Assembly: GCF_000372725.1 (NCBI RefSeq)
Contig: NW_005201165.1
Coordinates: 250,853 to 314,852 of the forward strand
DNA from: Emiliania huxleyi CCMP1516
Lineage: Eukaryota
Length of the DNA: 64,000 nt
Reading direction: 5' to 3'
Part shown: positions 23,723 through 34,072 of the stretch, piece after piece
Position numbering within the stretch: position 1 is the stretch's first letter
Layout of the letters: each line of letters begins with the position of its first letter
Notes under the pieces: generated by a model
Database searches by the model: none
What the model was told of the DNA's origin: nothing
Seen by the model: only the letters and a program-made list of their open reading frames with translations
Position numbers and translations under genes: made by a program

Positions 23723-25549
23723 CATGCTGGCGCGGCCTCTGGGCAGGGCCGCATCGCGGAGGCTGCCCAATGCGGCCCTGCGCACGACGCAGAGGCACGT
23801 GAGCAACTATTTCGGGCGGATGAGCACGCCATGGAACCCGGTGCGCTCATCGTCGCTGTCGGCTCAACAGAGTGTGCGGGTTGCTGACGGGCGACGCCCC
23901 TCCCGCCTCCGCAGGGCATCGTCGTCGTGCCTCAGCAGATGGCCTGGGTGGTGGAGACATTCGGGCGGTACGACAAGGTGCTGGAGCCGGGCCTCCGCTT
24001 CCTGATCCCGCTGGTGCAGCGCGTGTCTTACGTCTTTTCGCTCAAGGAGGAGGCCATCTCTGTTCCGAGCCAGACCGCCATCACCCGCGACAACGTGAGC
24101 GTGTCCATCGACGGCGTGCTGTTCGTCAAGGTGACGGACGCCTACCGCGCCGCGTACGGCGTCGAGGACCCCCACTTTGCCGTGACCCAGCTCGCGCAGA
24201 CGACGATGCGGTCCGAGATTGGCAAGATCACCCTCGACCGGATGTTCGAGGAGAGGGAGGCGCGCGACGCCCCGCCTCCCCGCCCCACCTGGCGGTTGCA
24301 CCGCCCCTCTTCCCCCGCGTCACACGCCTACCACGGCGACACCAGGTGCTCAACGTCAACATTGTGTCGTCGATCAACGCCGCAGCAGCCGACTGGGGCA
24401 TCCAGTGCTTACGGTACGAGATCCGCGACATCACTCCGCCTCGCGCGATCCGCGCGGCGATGGAGATGCAGGCCGAGGCGGAGCGGCGCAAGCGCGCGCT
24501 CGTCCTCGACTCGGAGGGCGAGAAGGACGCCGAGGCTCGCAGAGGACACTTCCAGAGACACGTCCGAGACACGTCCGACACGCGCCCGTCTCATGCACAT
24601 GTCTGAGAGAGTGGGCACACAGCCTCTCTCTCGGCGAGTGGCTGGCCCGTATGCCCAGCCGAGAAGCCCACCGCTGCCGCGCGCGCTGCCGTCGCCGCCG
24701 CCGGCACCTCCTCCCTCTCCGCCTCTCCGACAGCCCGGCACCGCCTCTCGCCTCGCAGATCAACATCGCCACCGGTAAGAAGATGTCTCGCGTCCTCGCC
24801 TCGGAGGCCTCGATGCAGGCGAGCAGACACCTCCCCAGACACCCCCACGAGACTCCTCCCAGGGCATCCCACCAAACACAAGACTCCTCCCAGACACCTC
24901 CCAGACACCTCCCAGACACCTCCCAGACACCTCCCAGATACCTCCCCACACACCTCCCCACACACCTCCCACACACCTCCCACACACCTCCCAGACACCT
25001 CCCAGACACCTCCCACACACCTCCCACACACCTCCCACACACCTCCCCAGACACCTCCCCAGACACCCCAGAGCCTCCGCCCGCCCCTCTCGGCAGGAGC
25101 GAATCAACCTCGGCAAGGGCGACGCGGCGGCGGTGGAGGCGCACGCGCAGGCGACTGCCGAGGCGACGCGGCTGGTGGCTGGCGCCTTGGGTGCGCGCGA
25201 CGGGCACGCGGCCACCTCGCTGCGGCTCGCGGAGCAGTACGTGAACGCCTTCAAGGGCATCGCTCAGGCGGGGAGCACGGTCGTGGTGCCCGCCAACGCA
25301 GCGGACGTCGGCTCGATGGTGGCGCAGGCCATGTCGATCTACAAGCACACCCTCCACTCCAACCCCGCCGCCGCCGCAGCGCCTGGCCCGGCCGAGCGCG
25401 CCGAGGCAACCGGCAGCACGGCGCTCGAGGCGGCGGGCGGCGAGCTGGCGGCGGCGGTGGCGGCAGACGCGGCGGATGCGCCGGAGGATGCGGGCGCGGC
25501 GCCTCTAGCCGACGGCGGCGAGACGCGCGGCGATGGCACTCCGAGGTGA
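23723..25549 (+). CDS. STOML2: Stomatin-like protein 2 (mitochondrial SPFH/band-7), 5 exons
   Basis: VPQQMAWVVETFGRY..LEPGL.FLIP, AITRDNV, QLAQTTMRSEIGKITLD, WGIQCLRYEIRDI, QAEAERRKRA and AEQYVNAF. One GT and three GC donors. Confidence 0.9.
24826..25070. repeat. Intronic 11-bp minisatellite (CACCTCCCAGA/CACCTCCCACA)
   Basis: Tandem array inside the last STOML2 intron. Confidence 0.85.
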
Positions 25550-26143
25550 CGTGTGCCGGCGTGCACGTGGGGGGGCGACACGGCTGTCGGCCTGTCCCAT
25601 GCGTCGCGTTCGCTTGAGCCGGGGGGGTTGAGCAAGCGGCACACGAAGGCGGGGGGAAAGGGGAAGACTGCATTCACGCGCATGTGGTGGTGAGGGAGGG
25701 AGCGTCGGTGTTGGCGCGAGGTGTGAACATTGCTAACCTATTGTGTCTCGTCGGCGTGTCTCGCGTGGGGCGCGATAAAGCTAACAAAAATTTCTATTAA
25801 TTATTAATAACACACCGAGTATCAAAATGCGCGGCGGACGGGGGAGGGGGGACAACACATAAAATCAGCAATCTCACACAATTTGTGTCGTCAAAGCAAG
25901 GCCAAAAAACACAATCATACGTCATCGTTTTCATGATCATATTAGATCTGACAAAAAAGGCAGCGCACGTGTGTGCTTTGGCCTTCTTGCGCCTCATTTC
26001 GCTCGAGAATGGAGAAACGAGAAACTCGTCTCCCGCAGTCCGCACCAGCCACCACACACGCACGAGACCGACACTGGAAGCGGAACCGGAGAGAGCGTGT
26101 GGCAGGTGTGCGTTTCGCGCCTTTCCAAGCAGGGGCGGGAGGG

Positions 26144-28315
26144 TTAGTCCAGCGACAAGGTCGACCCCGCCACACACTTGGTCTCATACTTGTCTAGCGC
26201 GGCCGCGAGGAGCCGGGTCTGCTCTATCCGCCGCTCCAGGAGGTTGCGTAGTCCTCTGGTGTACGCCTCCATGTCGCCGTCGCGTTGAGCCGCCTCGAGG
26301 AGCGTCGTCTCCGTCGTCAGCGCATCGGAGCTGCGGCGCACTGCCAAATCGGCAGCCTCGAGGAGCGCCTCCTCGGCGTCGAGGAGCACCTTGGCAGCCT
26401 TGTGGGCCTGCAGCTGCTCCGCAGAGTGGCGAGGCCTCTCGGAGGGCACAACCCCCTCTGAGCCACGCCACGCCCCGGTCTCGGCACCGCAATCTTGCTG
26501 CGGCCGTCGCGGGGCTGTTTGCGGGGAAACGCGAGGCTTCGGAGGCAACCGCGCGGACGGCGGCGGAGGGTGCTGTTGAGGGTGCTGCTGCTGGGTTGGA
26601 TCAGACGGAGACAGCGTCGCTCCGACGGGTTGTGGCGGCGGCGGCTGCAACGGTGGTGGTGACGGCTGCTGATCGAGCTGTTGCTGTTGCTGCGGCGGCG
26701 GCGGCGGCGGCGGTGGCCCCTGAGAATCGAGCTCTTGCGTCTGAGCTGGGGGCGGCGGCGGCGGCGGCCGCGGCCGGTGAGAGCGCCGCCGAGGTGGCTG
26801 CGGCTGCGGCTGTGGCGGCTGGGCCTCCTGCCGATCCATCGCCTGCCAGTCCTTTACACGCTCGGCGTAGCGAAGGGTGTTGAGGGAGTGCTCGCAGCAC
26901 ACGGAACAGGGCGAGATGGTGGCGATCATGACGGTGCGAGAGTTCTCGCCGACGAAGGAATCTTTGAGCAGCTGCGTGAGCTTCGAGCCCCGAAAGGGAA
27001 CGTGCGACGACTGCGAGCCGAGGGCACGGATGCACTCCTTGAGGCAGAGCAGCGACTTGTTGATCTCTGCGCCGTCTAGTCGGTTCTGACGGTCGTCTGA
27101 CTGCGCCTTGGCGGCCCATTCGGAGCCGGCAAGGTCGACGAGCGAGAGCTTGCAGCGGACGCTCTCCGAGGCAGGCTCTACCACCTCGATCTGCAGCACC
27201 GCGTGCGATCGCGAGGAGTGCGTGTTTTGGGCTGTCGCGCGAGTGGTGCGGTCCGAGGTCGAGAGCAGCAGCAGCAGTTCCTCAGCCGACGCGAGGGTCG
27301 ACTGGTGCAGCCCCACGACGTGCTGCGCGCCGTGCTCATCCTCCATCACCTGCACGCTCCTCTTTTTGTTGAGCAGGTCAAAGCACTTCCCTCGATAGAT
27401 CTCGAAGAAGCCCGCCCGCACGGTCAAGCCGCCGCCCGCCCCTCTCACATTCCTGAAGAGGTCGTCGGCAACGAGGGAGTAGATGCCGGCGCTGTTGTCG
27501 CCCTCGCCGCTGCCGAGGCCCTCCATCGTCATCGTCTTGCCTGATCCTGTCTGGCCGTACGCGAAGCAGGTGCCGTGACCGCGGCTGGCGAAGAGATGCT
27601 CGACCATGGGCCGGACGGCGCTGTCGAACACCTGCTGGTTGGTTGCACTCTCGCCGTACACGCCGTCGAATTTGTACGTGTGGTTCTCCATGGCGCGCGA
27701 GAGGTCGACGGTCACCTTGGGCTCATGCGCCACGAGCGAGGCTCGAGCCGTCTCCTCCTCGCCGCAGGTCGACACGACGTCGAAGCCCCCCCGGCGCAGC
27801 TCCTCATCGAGAAGCGGCCGCTTGCGCACAAAGACAGACAGGCTCGCCCTCGATGCGGTGTCGCGCACAGAGACGGACACGGAGGGTGGAGCACCGGCCC
27901 GGTAGCGCGCGATCATCGCCTGGAACACGCCCTCGTCGCCGGCGAGGCCGCGCTGCTCCGCCCACCGCTTGTCTTCAGGCTTTGCCTTCACGACTTTGAT
28001 TGTCGCCGGAGAGGACTCTAAGTCGCGCCGGGGCATGGGGCGCGGTGCCGGCGGCGGATTCCGTGGCTCGGGAGCCCACGCCTGGGTACGGTGGGCGCGA
28101 ACCTGAATGCCGGCCTCCTCCACGGTGCCGGACTCACGCCGGAAGCGGCAGGCTGGCACACCCTCCTCGCGCAGTCCGTCCTTGACGTAGACCAGGGAGT
28201 AGGTCCCGTCCTCGCGCACGTTCTCGATTTTGGCCTCATGAAAATAGCCCAGCCCGCCAAAGTCGGCTAGCACGTGCTGCCCGACGCGGTAAATAGGCAG
28301 GGTCGCGGGGTCCAT
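26144..28315 (-). CDS. Kinesin-13 (KIF2/MCAK-like microtubule depolymerase) with N-terminal Tudor-like domain
   Basis: VFVRKRPL, HEPKVTVDL (KVD-finger-like), FAYGQTGSGKT, NTHSSRSHAV, LVDLAGSE, EINKSLLCLKECIRAL (KEC), HVPFRGSKLT and LNTLRYA. Confidence 0.9.
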   Translation of the reverse strand: MDPATLPIYRVGQHVLADFGGLGYFHEAKIENVREDGTYSLVYVKDGLREEGVPACRFRRESGTVEEAGIQVRAHRTQAWAPEPRNPPPAPRPMPRRDLESSPATIKVVKAKPEDKRWAEQRGLAGDEGVFQAMIARYRAGAPPSVSVSVRDTASRASLSVFVRKRPLLDEELRRGGFDVVSTCGEEETARASLVAHEPKVTVDLSRAMENHTYKFDGVYGESATNQQVFDSAVRPMVEHLFASRGHGTCFAYGQTGSGKTMTMEGLGSGEGDNSAGIYSLVADDLFRNVRGAGGGLTVRAGFFEIYRGKCFDLLNKKRSVQVMEDEHGAQHVVGLHQSTLASAEELLLLLSTSDRTTRATAQNTHSSRSHAVLQIEVVEPASESVRCKLSLVDLAGSEWAAKAQSDDRQNRLDGAEINKSLLCLKECIRALGSQSSHVPFRGSKLTQLLKDSFVGENSRTVMIATISPCSVCCEHSLNTLRYAERVKDWQAMDRQEAQPPQPQPQPPRRRSHRPRPPPPPPPAQTQELDSQGPPPPPPPPQQQQQLDQQPSPPPLQPPPPQPVGATLSPSDPTQQQHPQQHPPPPSARLPPKPRVSPQTAPRRPQQDCGAETGAWRGSEGVVPSERPRHSAEQLQAHKAAKVLLDAEEALLEAADLAVRRSSDALTTETTLLEAAQRDGDMEAYTRGLRNLLERRIEQTRLLAAALDKYETKCVAGSTLSLD

Positions 28316-28626
28316 AAGTGCTGCGGGTGAGCTCTCCCTTCAGCACGCCACAAGCACGCAGGACAGCAGTGATAGGGCTGCAAACGCGGACTCAGGGGAG
28401 CACGGCGCTGGCGTGGGCGAGCAACTAGCTCTCCCGCGCGTTCCGGCCCGCGGGCCGTTGCCCAGAGTCGTTTCGGAGAGTTTTTTCATACGAGTAGCCG
28501 CTGCTGACGGGGTTTGCAATGAGGAGAGCCAAAGGGGGGGTTTCGGGAAAAAATTAGCCCGTTCTCGATGTCCCGGCGGGGCGGCGGGCGCTTGCCTCGC
28601 TCGCTCCGCTCCGCGATCCCTCTCTC

Positions 28627-30741
28627 TTGATGGACCCTCCGGCGTCCTCGCTTCTCCCGCCCGCGCTGCCATTGACGGGCGCGCAGGCAAACTGCGGACC
28701 AGAGGCCGACTCCTTCTTCGGCGCCCTCAAAGCCGTCGATGGCAGCTGGCTCACTCACGCGCAGTGCTGGAGTGGGTCCAATAACTGGATCTCAGTCCGG
28801 ACCGAGGCGGACGCAGGAGGCGGAGTTATTGGGTCGGTGCAAATCTACGCCTCTGGCGAGCATGATCGGTTGGGCCCGTTCGAGGTCTGGGTCGGCGCAT
28901 CTTTTGGCGACACTGCGCCCGGATCAGCCGAGAGGTGCACCGCCAACGGTAGCCAAACCATCAGTCAGGAGCCGACGAGTGGTATGCCAGTGCTGCTCGC
29001 CTGCGGCGGAAGCCGCGGTGCGTCGTACGTGACGTTGCGTCAAGTAGGCAGCAGCAGGGGGATGGTCGTTCACGAGATTGTGGCCTACGCGAACCAAACT
29101 TTGCCGCAGATTCCCGACGTAGCTGGCCGCGACATCATCCAGGGCATCAACGCACGATACTCGAGGGGCAAGCCGAGCCGCACAATCGAGAATGCAGGGG
29201 TCCTCGTACACATCTTCGACGACACGGAGGATTGGAGGAATGGTCGGCCGTGGGATCTGTGCGTGCGAGGCTGTGACCCAGTGATCGACCATTTCTCGGC
29301 GTCCGTCATCAACGCAAAGCGGCCTGCCGTATACGCCGGCCCGCGAGGTGGCGGCCTTGTTCTCTCGGCCGACGCCGACTTCCTCTGCATCTATGACCAC
29401 GACTACGGCACGGGCAGTCGTGCCAACGGCGGCTGTGCCGACACCCCAGGCGCCCGTCCACAGAGTCAACTGCTCGAGGCGCTGCGGGACTGGGACGCGC
29501 CCGGCGCATACTGGTGAGGGCCATCGCCCCTATTCACGGGGATCAGCGGCGGCAAAGCCACATCTCACCTCCGGTGCGGTGCTCTGCGTCCCTTTAGGTA
29601 CAATGAGCTGATCGTGGGCGGCCTCTCGTGGCAGGCAAGCCTACCGCGGGCCATCGAGGCGTTCCTCATCACGCACGGCGACGGGCGCGCTGTCCGCGAG
29701 CAGCACGCCAACTTTCTGCGCGCCTTCAAGGTGTGCTCCTGGCAGGTTCCACTCCTCAGGTACACCCCAGGCAAGTCGCCAGCGTTTTCCGAGGTCGAGT
29801 CTTCTGGCGTCGGCTGCACGCCAAAGGCTGCAACCTCGGTCGCTGCAACCTCCGTCGCAGGTAGAGTGTCCACCCAAGGCTGGTGCTCGAGTCTGACGCC
29901 TGGCGGCTGCGAGCACTCGTTCATGTGGTCCGCGTTTGGAGAGCCCCTGCCGTGCAAACTGGTGGGAGGGAGGTGCCGGGCGTCCGCAGGTACACAGCTG
30001 GTGCGCCCAAAGCCACCGCCTGTGCTCCCGCGTGCAAGCCCGCCCCTGCCATCGCCATCGCGGAAGCCGCCGCCGCCGCCACCGCCGCCCCCTCATCCTC
30101 GCGCCAAGCCTCCGCCGCCACCGTTGCTGATGCCGCCGCCGGCTCCACCGCCGCCGCCGCCTCCCTGGCCACCGGCCCGCTCCGCCGCGGAACTGCAGTG
30201 CTACGTCCGTCGTTACCCAGACCTCTTGTCTGGCTACTGCAAGGGCGACTTGGCGCTTTGCAATTGGCCACGGCTCCAGCGACACTACGACACGGCCGGT
30301 CGCAGAGAGGGCCGCCTCATCGCATGCCAGGCGCAGGCGCCACCTGTCGCCGCGACAGCCGTGGCGACTCCCCCGCCGCCACAGCGGTGGCGCCCGCAGG
30401 GGCTGACGCACCCTCCTGACCCGCCGGCGTTGGTGGCGGTCAGTCCCTCTGCTTCATGGGTCGGCTCCGCAGCCGTTCTGGCCTTGATGAGCGTGGTTTG
30501 CTGCGCCATCGCCCTACGCTGCTCCTTTGGCGGGCCGCGAGGCTTCACGAGTGCAACCGACGCCTATGACAGCAGCAGTGGCGGTAGCAGCGAGGACGAG
30601 GAGGAGCCGCTATCCGAGGGAGAGGAGGGCGAGGCGCGGGCGACGGGCTCCGCTCGCACGGCGGCCGTCCAGGCGGCAGGGCGTGGCGGGCGTGTGGCGC
30701 CTGCCCACGACGCCAAACTCCGGCGTGTGGTCGACGACTAG
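28627..30741 (+). CDS. Putative cell-surface protein: lectin/galactose-binding-like domain + Cys-containing domain + Pro-rich stalk + TM, 2 exons
   Basis: ORFs 28627-29517 and 29614-30741 join in frame via a GT-AG intron ~29515-29598 (W|YNELIV). TM WVGSAAVLALMSVVCCAIAL precedes an acidic tail. Domain names are by-eye inference. Confidence 0.55.
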
Positions 30742-31152
30742 AGGGTCGTGACTAAGTCCTCCCCGTTTGACAGCGAGTCTTTTTTCTTTTTCTACACCCC
30801 TGGTCTCGCTCGCCTGTCCTCAGCTCCTGCAACAACCTCGAAAAAGCATGGTGCATGCGAAAGAGAAACGGGTCATCCACAGCCTGTGTTAGTTCCAGTG
30901 CGCCAGTCCCGGGCCTAAGAAGAAAGAAAGCGTCGAGCCAGTGCTCATGAGGTGTGAATCACAGACCAGCGCATAGCGCCATAGGACGTATTTTCTTCTC
31001 ATACACGACACTGGGAGTCGCTTAGGCGGCTCCCGTGGTGTACCTGTGTTAGTGCCAGTGCGCGCCAGTCCCGTGCCCAGTGTCGTGCGAGGGAGTTGCG
31101 TTGTAAAATTCTTCTCATAACAAGGCTGAAGAAAGAATCGCTGTGGCGCTGT

Positions 31153-33998
31153 GAGAATACTGACAATAAGGTTCACAGCTGAAATGTGGAATATAAGCCA
31201 ATATATCGCAATATACGGTCCGGATATATTGGAGAATATTGGGATATATTGGCTTATATTGCGATATATTCGCCCTGTTGATACGTCTCCAGTATATTCC
31301 AATATATTCCAGATATGCCGGAGCTAATCCCGGGGCGAAACAAGAGTATATTGGAGTATATTGGAGTATATTGCGATATATTGTACGCCTGGGCTATACG
31401 CAGCGATCCAGCAATGTATCCCAATATACTCCAATCTATCCCGGTATTCAGCAGTATTCAGCAGTATTCAGCAGTATTCAGCAGTATTCAGCAGTATTCA
31501 GCAGTATTCGCTCGGCTGGATTTTGGAGATCCGGTGCAGCAGTGCTGCCGCAAACGGGTGCGCAGGGGCACGATGGGGCCAGAGGTCGCCTCCGAGCGCC
31601 AGATCGATGGCTCATCGTCCGACGGCTCGATGGAGGAAGGCCCTATGCTCAGACTGACCGCGAGCGTCTGCGTCCTGAGTGCAAAATGGGATCGCGGCGG
31701 CGGTTGCGATGGCGGATGTCAAGTCGAATCGATGCTCTTAGCAGTGCCAGTGGGTGCCACGCGAGCACGGCAAACGTCGGCATAGCCGAGCCAACGCATC
31801 TTGGTTGGCCTCCCCGCGTAGTTCACGAAGCGGAGCAACGGCCTCGGAATTGCTGCAATCGTGCAGGGGCGGCGTGCCACTACGTCGGGTGCCGGCGCCC
31901 CGTCAGCATACCATGCTCGTCCGACACGCGCGCCCCACGCGGTGGGGCGCGCATGTCCCCTGTCTACCCTGAGCGCCTGCCTCTCGACATCAACGTCTCA
32001 ACCTTCTGGCTCCGCGTGCACAGCGAAGATCGTGCCACCCACCGGGTGGCACGGCCGATTGAGTAGGTGGCACTGCGAGGTATATGCTCCGACTTCGAGC
32101 GCTTAGGCACGGCAACTTTCTGAGACCGACAGGTAGGAGGGGCTGCGCGCGGGCGGCGCGCCCGCAACGGAGCGGAGAAGTTTACGGAAAGACGAAACAG
32201 AAAGTCCGTGGAGAGGCGTAGGAGTTCTATTTTCTTCATTCAGGCAAAAGGACAGGAAAGCAGACGGGACAAGCTCTTCCTCACAGGCAAGCTCGCCGCC
32301 GCGGCAGGCAATCTCTCGCCGCAGGCAATCTCTCGCCGCAGACAATCTCTCGCCGCAGGCAAGAGCTCGCATGCTCCCGGTGCGCCCCATTCGTTTTCGC
32401 TGTCCTTCACCGCGACCGGCTGTCTGTCGCGGCAGCAAGTCAGTGTGGCCAGGGGCCGTAAGAGTGGAAACGCTGGTATGTGCGGAGGGAGCGCGCGATC
32501 AAATGTCCGGTGATAATGGGGAGATGCCACCCAGGCCAGCCAGGGCAGGGGCGGAGGGCGAGGCAGGAGGGCGGGATGGGCGCTTTTGCAGTCCCTTGCC
32601 CAGTGTTGTGCGCAGGAATTTTTTTCCTTCTTTTCTGCCCGCCGTCAATCTGTGTGTGTATGAGCGTCGCCGAGCTCGCGAGCGTTCGCCCGTCGAGGTG
32701 TGGTGACAGAGTGGCACCGCGGGCAGACAAACGTCTTCTTTCCTGGAGAGACCAGATTTACTAAGTGCACGGTCCTCTGCCGCGTGGGCGGCCGTGGGAG
32801 GGTGTGCGTTGTGCCCGAGTTTGAGGATGCCCTCGCCGGAGAGCTCGTGGACGCGGGCATGCAGCATGACTTCACGCAAGCCGTCGCCTTCAAAATACGG
32901 CAGAGGCGCGTGCTACTAACGGATGCCGTGCCGGATGACATTACTGCGCGCGTCTGCCAGGCTGCATGGACATGGCGGGCTGCAGCCCAGTAACCGGACG
33001 GCATTCTCCGCTACAGACCTACTCTCATCAGGCAGAGCAAGAGGCGTGTCGTCGGGAATGATCGACGTAGATCTCTTGGCAACCGTACACCAGGGCCTTC
33101 TGCTTACCCGCTAGGTGCCCCAGCCAGCCCGCTGCCGCCGTTTTGCATAGCTGAACGTGCGGATCCTGCGATGCACTTTTCCGTGGGTCAGCCATCTGTG
33201 CGAATGCGAGAGCGCGCCGGTGCAGCCTGCTGGGGGCATGCAATAGAGCCCTATAGGAGCGCCCACCAGGTGGACACCCCACGCTGCGCACCCGCGAGGA
33301 CACTGTCATGGTTTTGCACATGCTGTGTGTGGTGACTGGTGTGCGAGCCGCGCTGGACATCAGATAGCTCTTATTCACGACCTGCAGCCACCCGACGCGG
33401 CGCCTGTGTGTTTACGATCCTTCGACTATCCCCACGGCGGCGTGTGAGCACGTCCCGCAGGCTGCGACGCGCCACGGACCATTGTACATCCCCCGACTTT
33501 CTCCAGTATTCAGCAGTATTGCAGTATTCAGCGCAAGACCGCAGCCATCCAACCCGGCGCCTTACGATCCTTCAACTACCCCCACGGGGTCGTTTGAGCC
33601 ACGCCCCGCAGGCTGCGACGCGCCACGGACCACTCTACGTCCCCCGACTTTCTCCAGTATTCAGCAGTATTCAGCAGTATTCCAGCAGTATTCAGCAGTA
33701 TTCGGCAATATACAGCAATATATCCCAGTATTGCGAACTATAAGCCAATAATGGGGCAAGCAAGCTGTGAGTATATTGGGATATACTGCTGTATATTGCA
33801 ATATATTGCGGAAGGATTGAGGTGCTTGGCGGCGCCGAGATATACTCCAATATATCCCAGTATTCGGCTGGAAGATGTTCCTCCAATATCTCCGTATATT
33901 GCGCAATAGTGCGCAATATTGGAGTATATTCCAGGGGTGCAATATACCCCAGTATATCCCAATATATTCACAGCGCCTTGCTATTTGTCAGTATTCTC
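31153..33998. mobile_element. Non-autonomous/decayed TIR DNA transposon (~2.85 kb) with AT-rich subterminal repeats
   Basis: 14-bp TIR GAGAATACTGACAA / TTGTCAGTATTCTC. The flanks give TSD TGT, or CTGTG if the TIR is 1 bp shorter. Both ends carry AATATA/CAGTATT arrays. Confidence 0.75.
31444..31509. repeat. 10-bp tandem repeat (CAGTATTCAG)n
   Basis: About 6 copies; related arrays occur at 33505-33530 and 33655-33705. Confidence 0.85.
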
Positions 33999-34072
33999 TG
34001 TGGAGTTGTGACTGTGCCAGAGTCGCCAGTGGCGAGTCGGAGTGGCGAGTCGGGCGACGCAACCGACCGCAC

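Noticed and set aside
31444..31509. CAGTATTCAG and other short arrays as CRISPR repeats
   Set aside because: Head-to-tail tandem repeats with no unique spacers, no cas genes, and a eukaryotic context.
31239..32066. 275-aa ORF with YSAVFSSIQQ repeats as a protein
   Set aside because: It is a translation of the transposon's 10-bp subterminal repeats.
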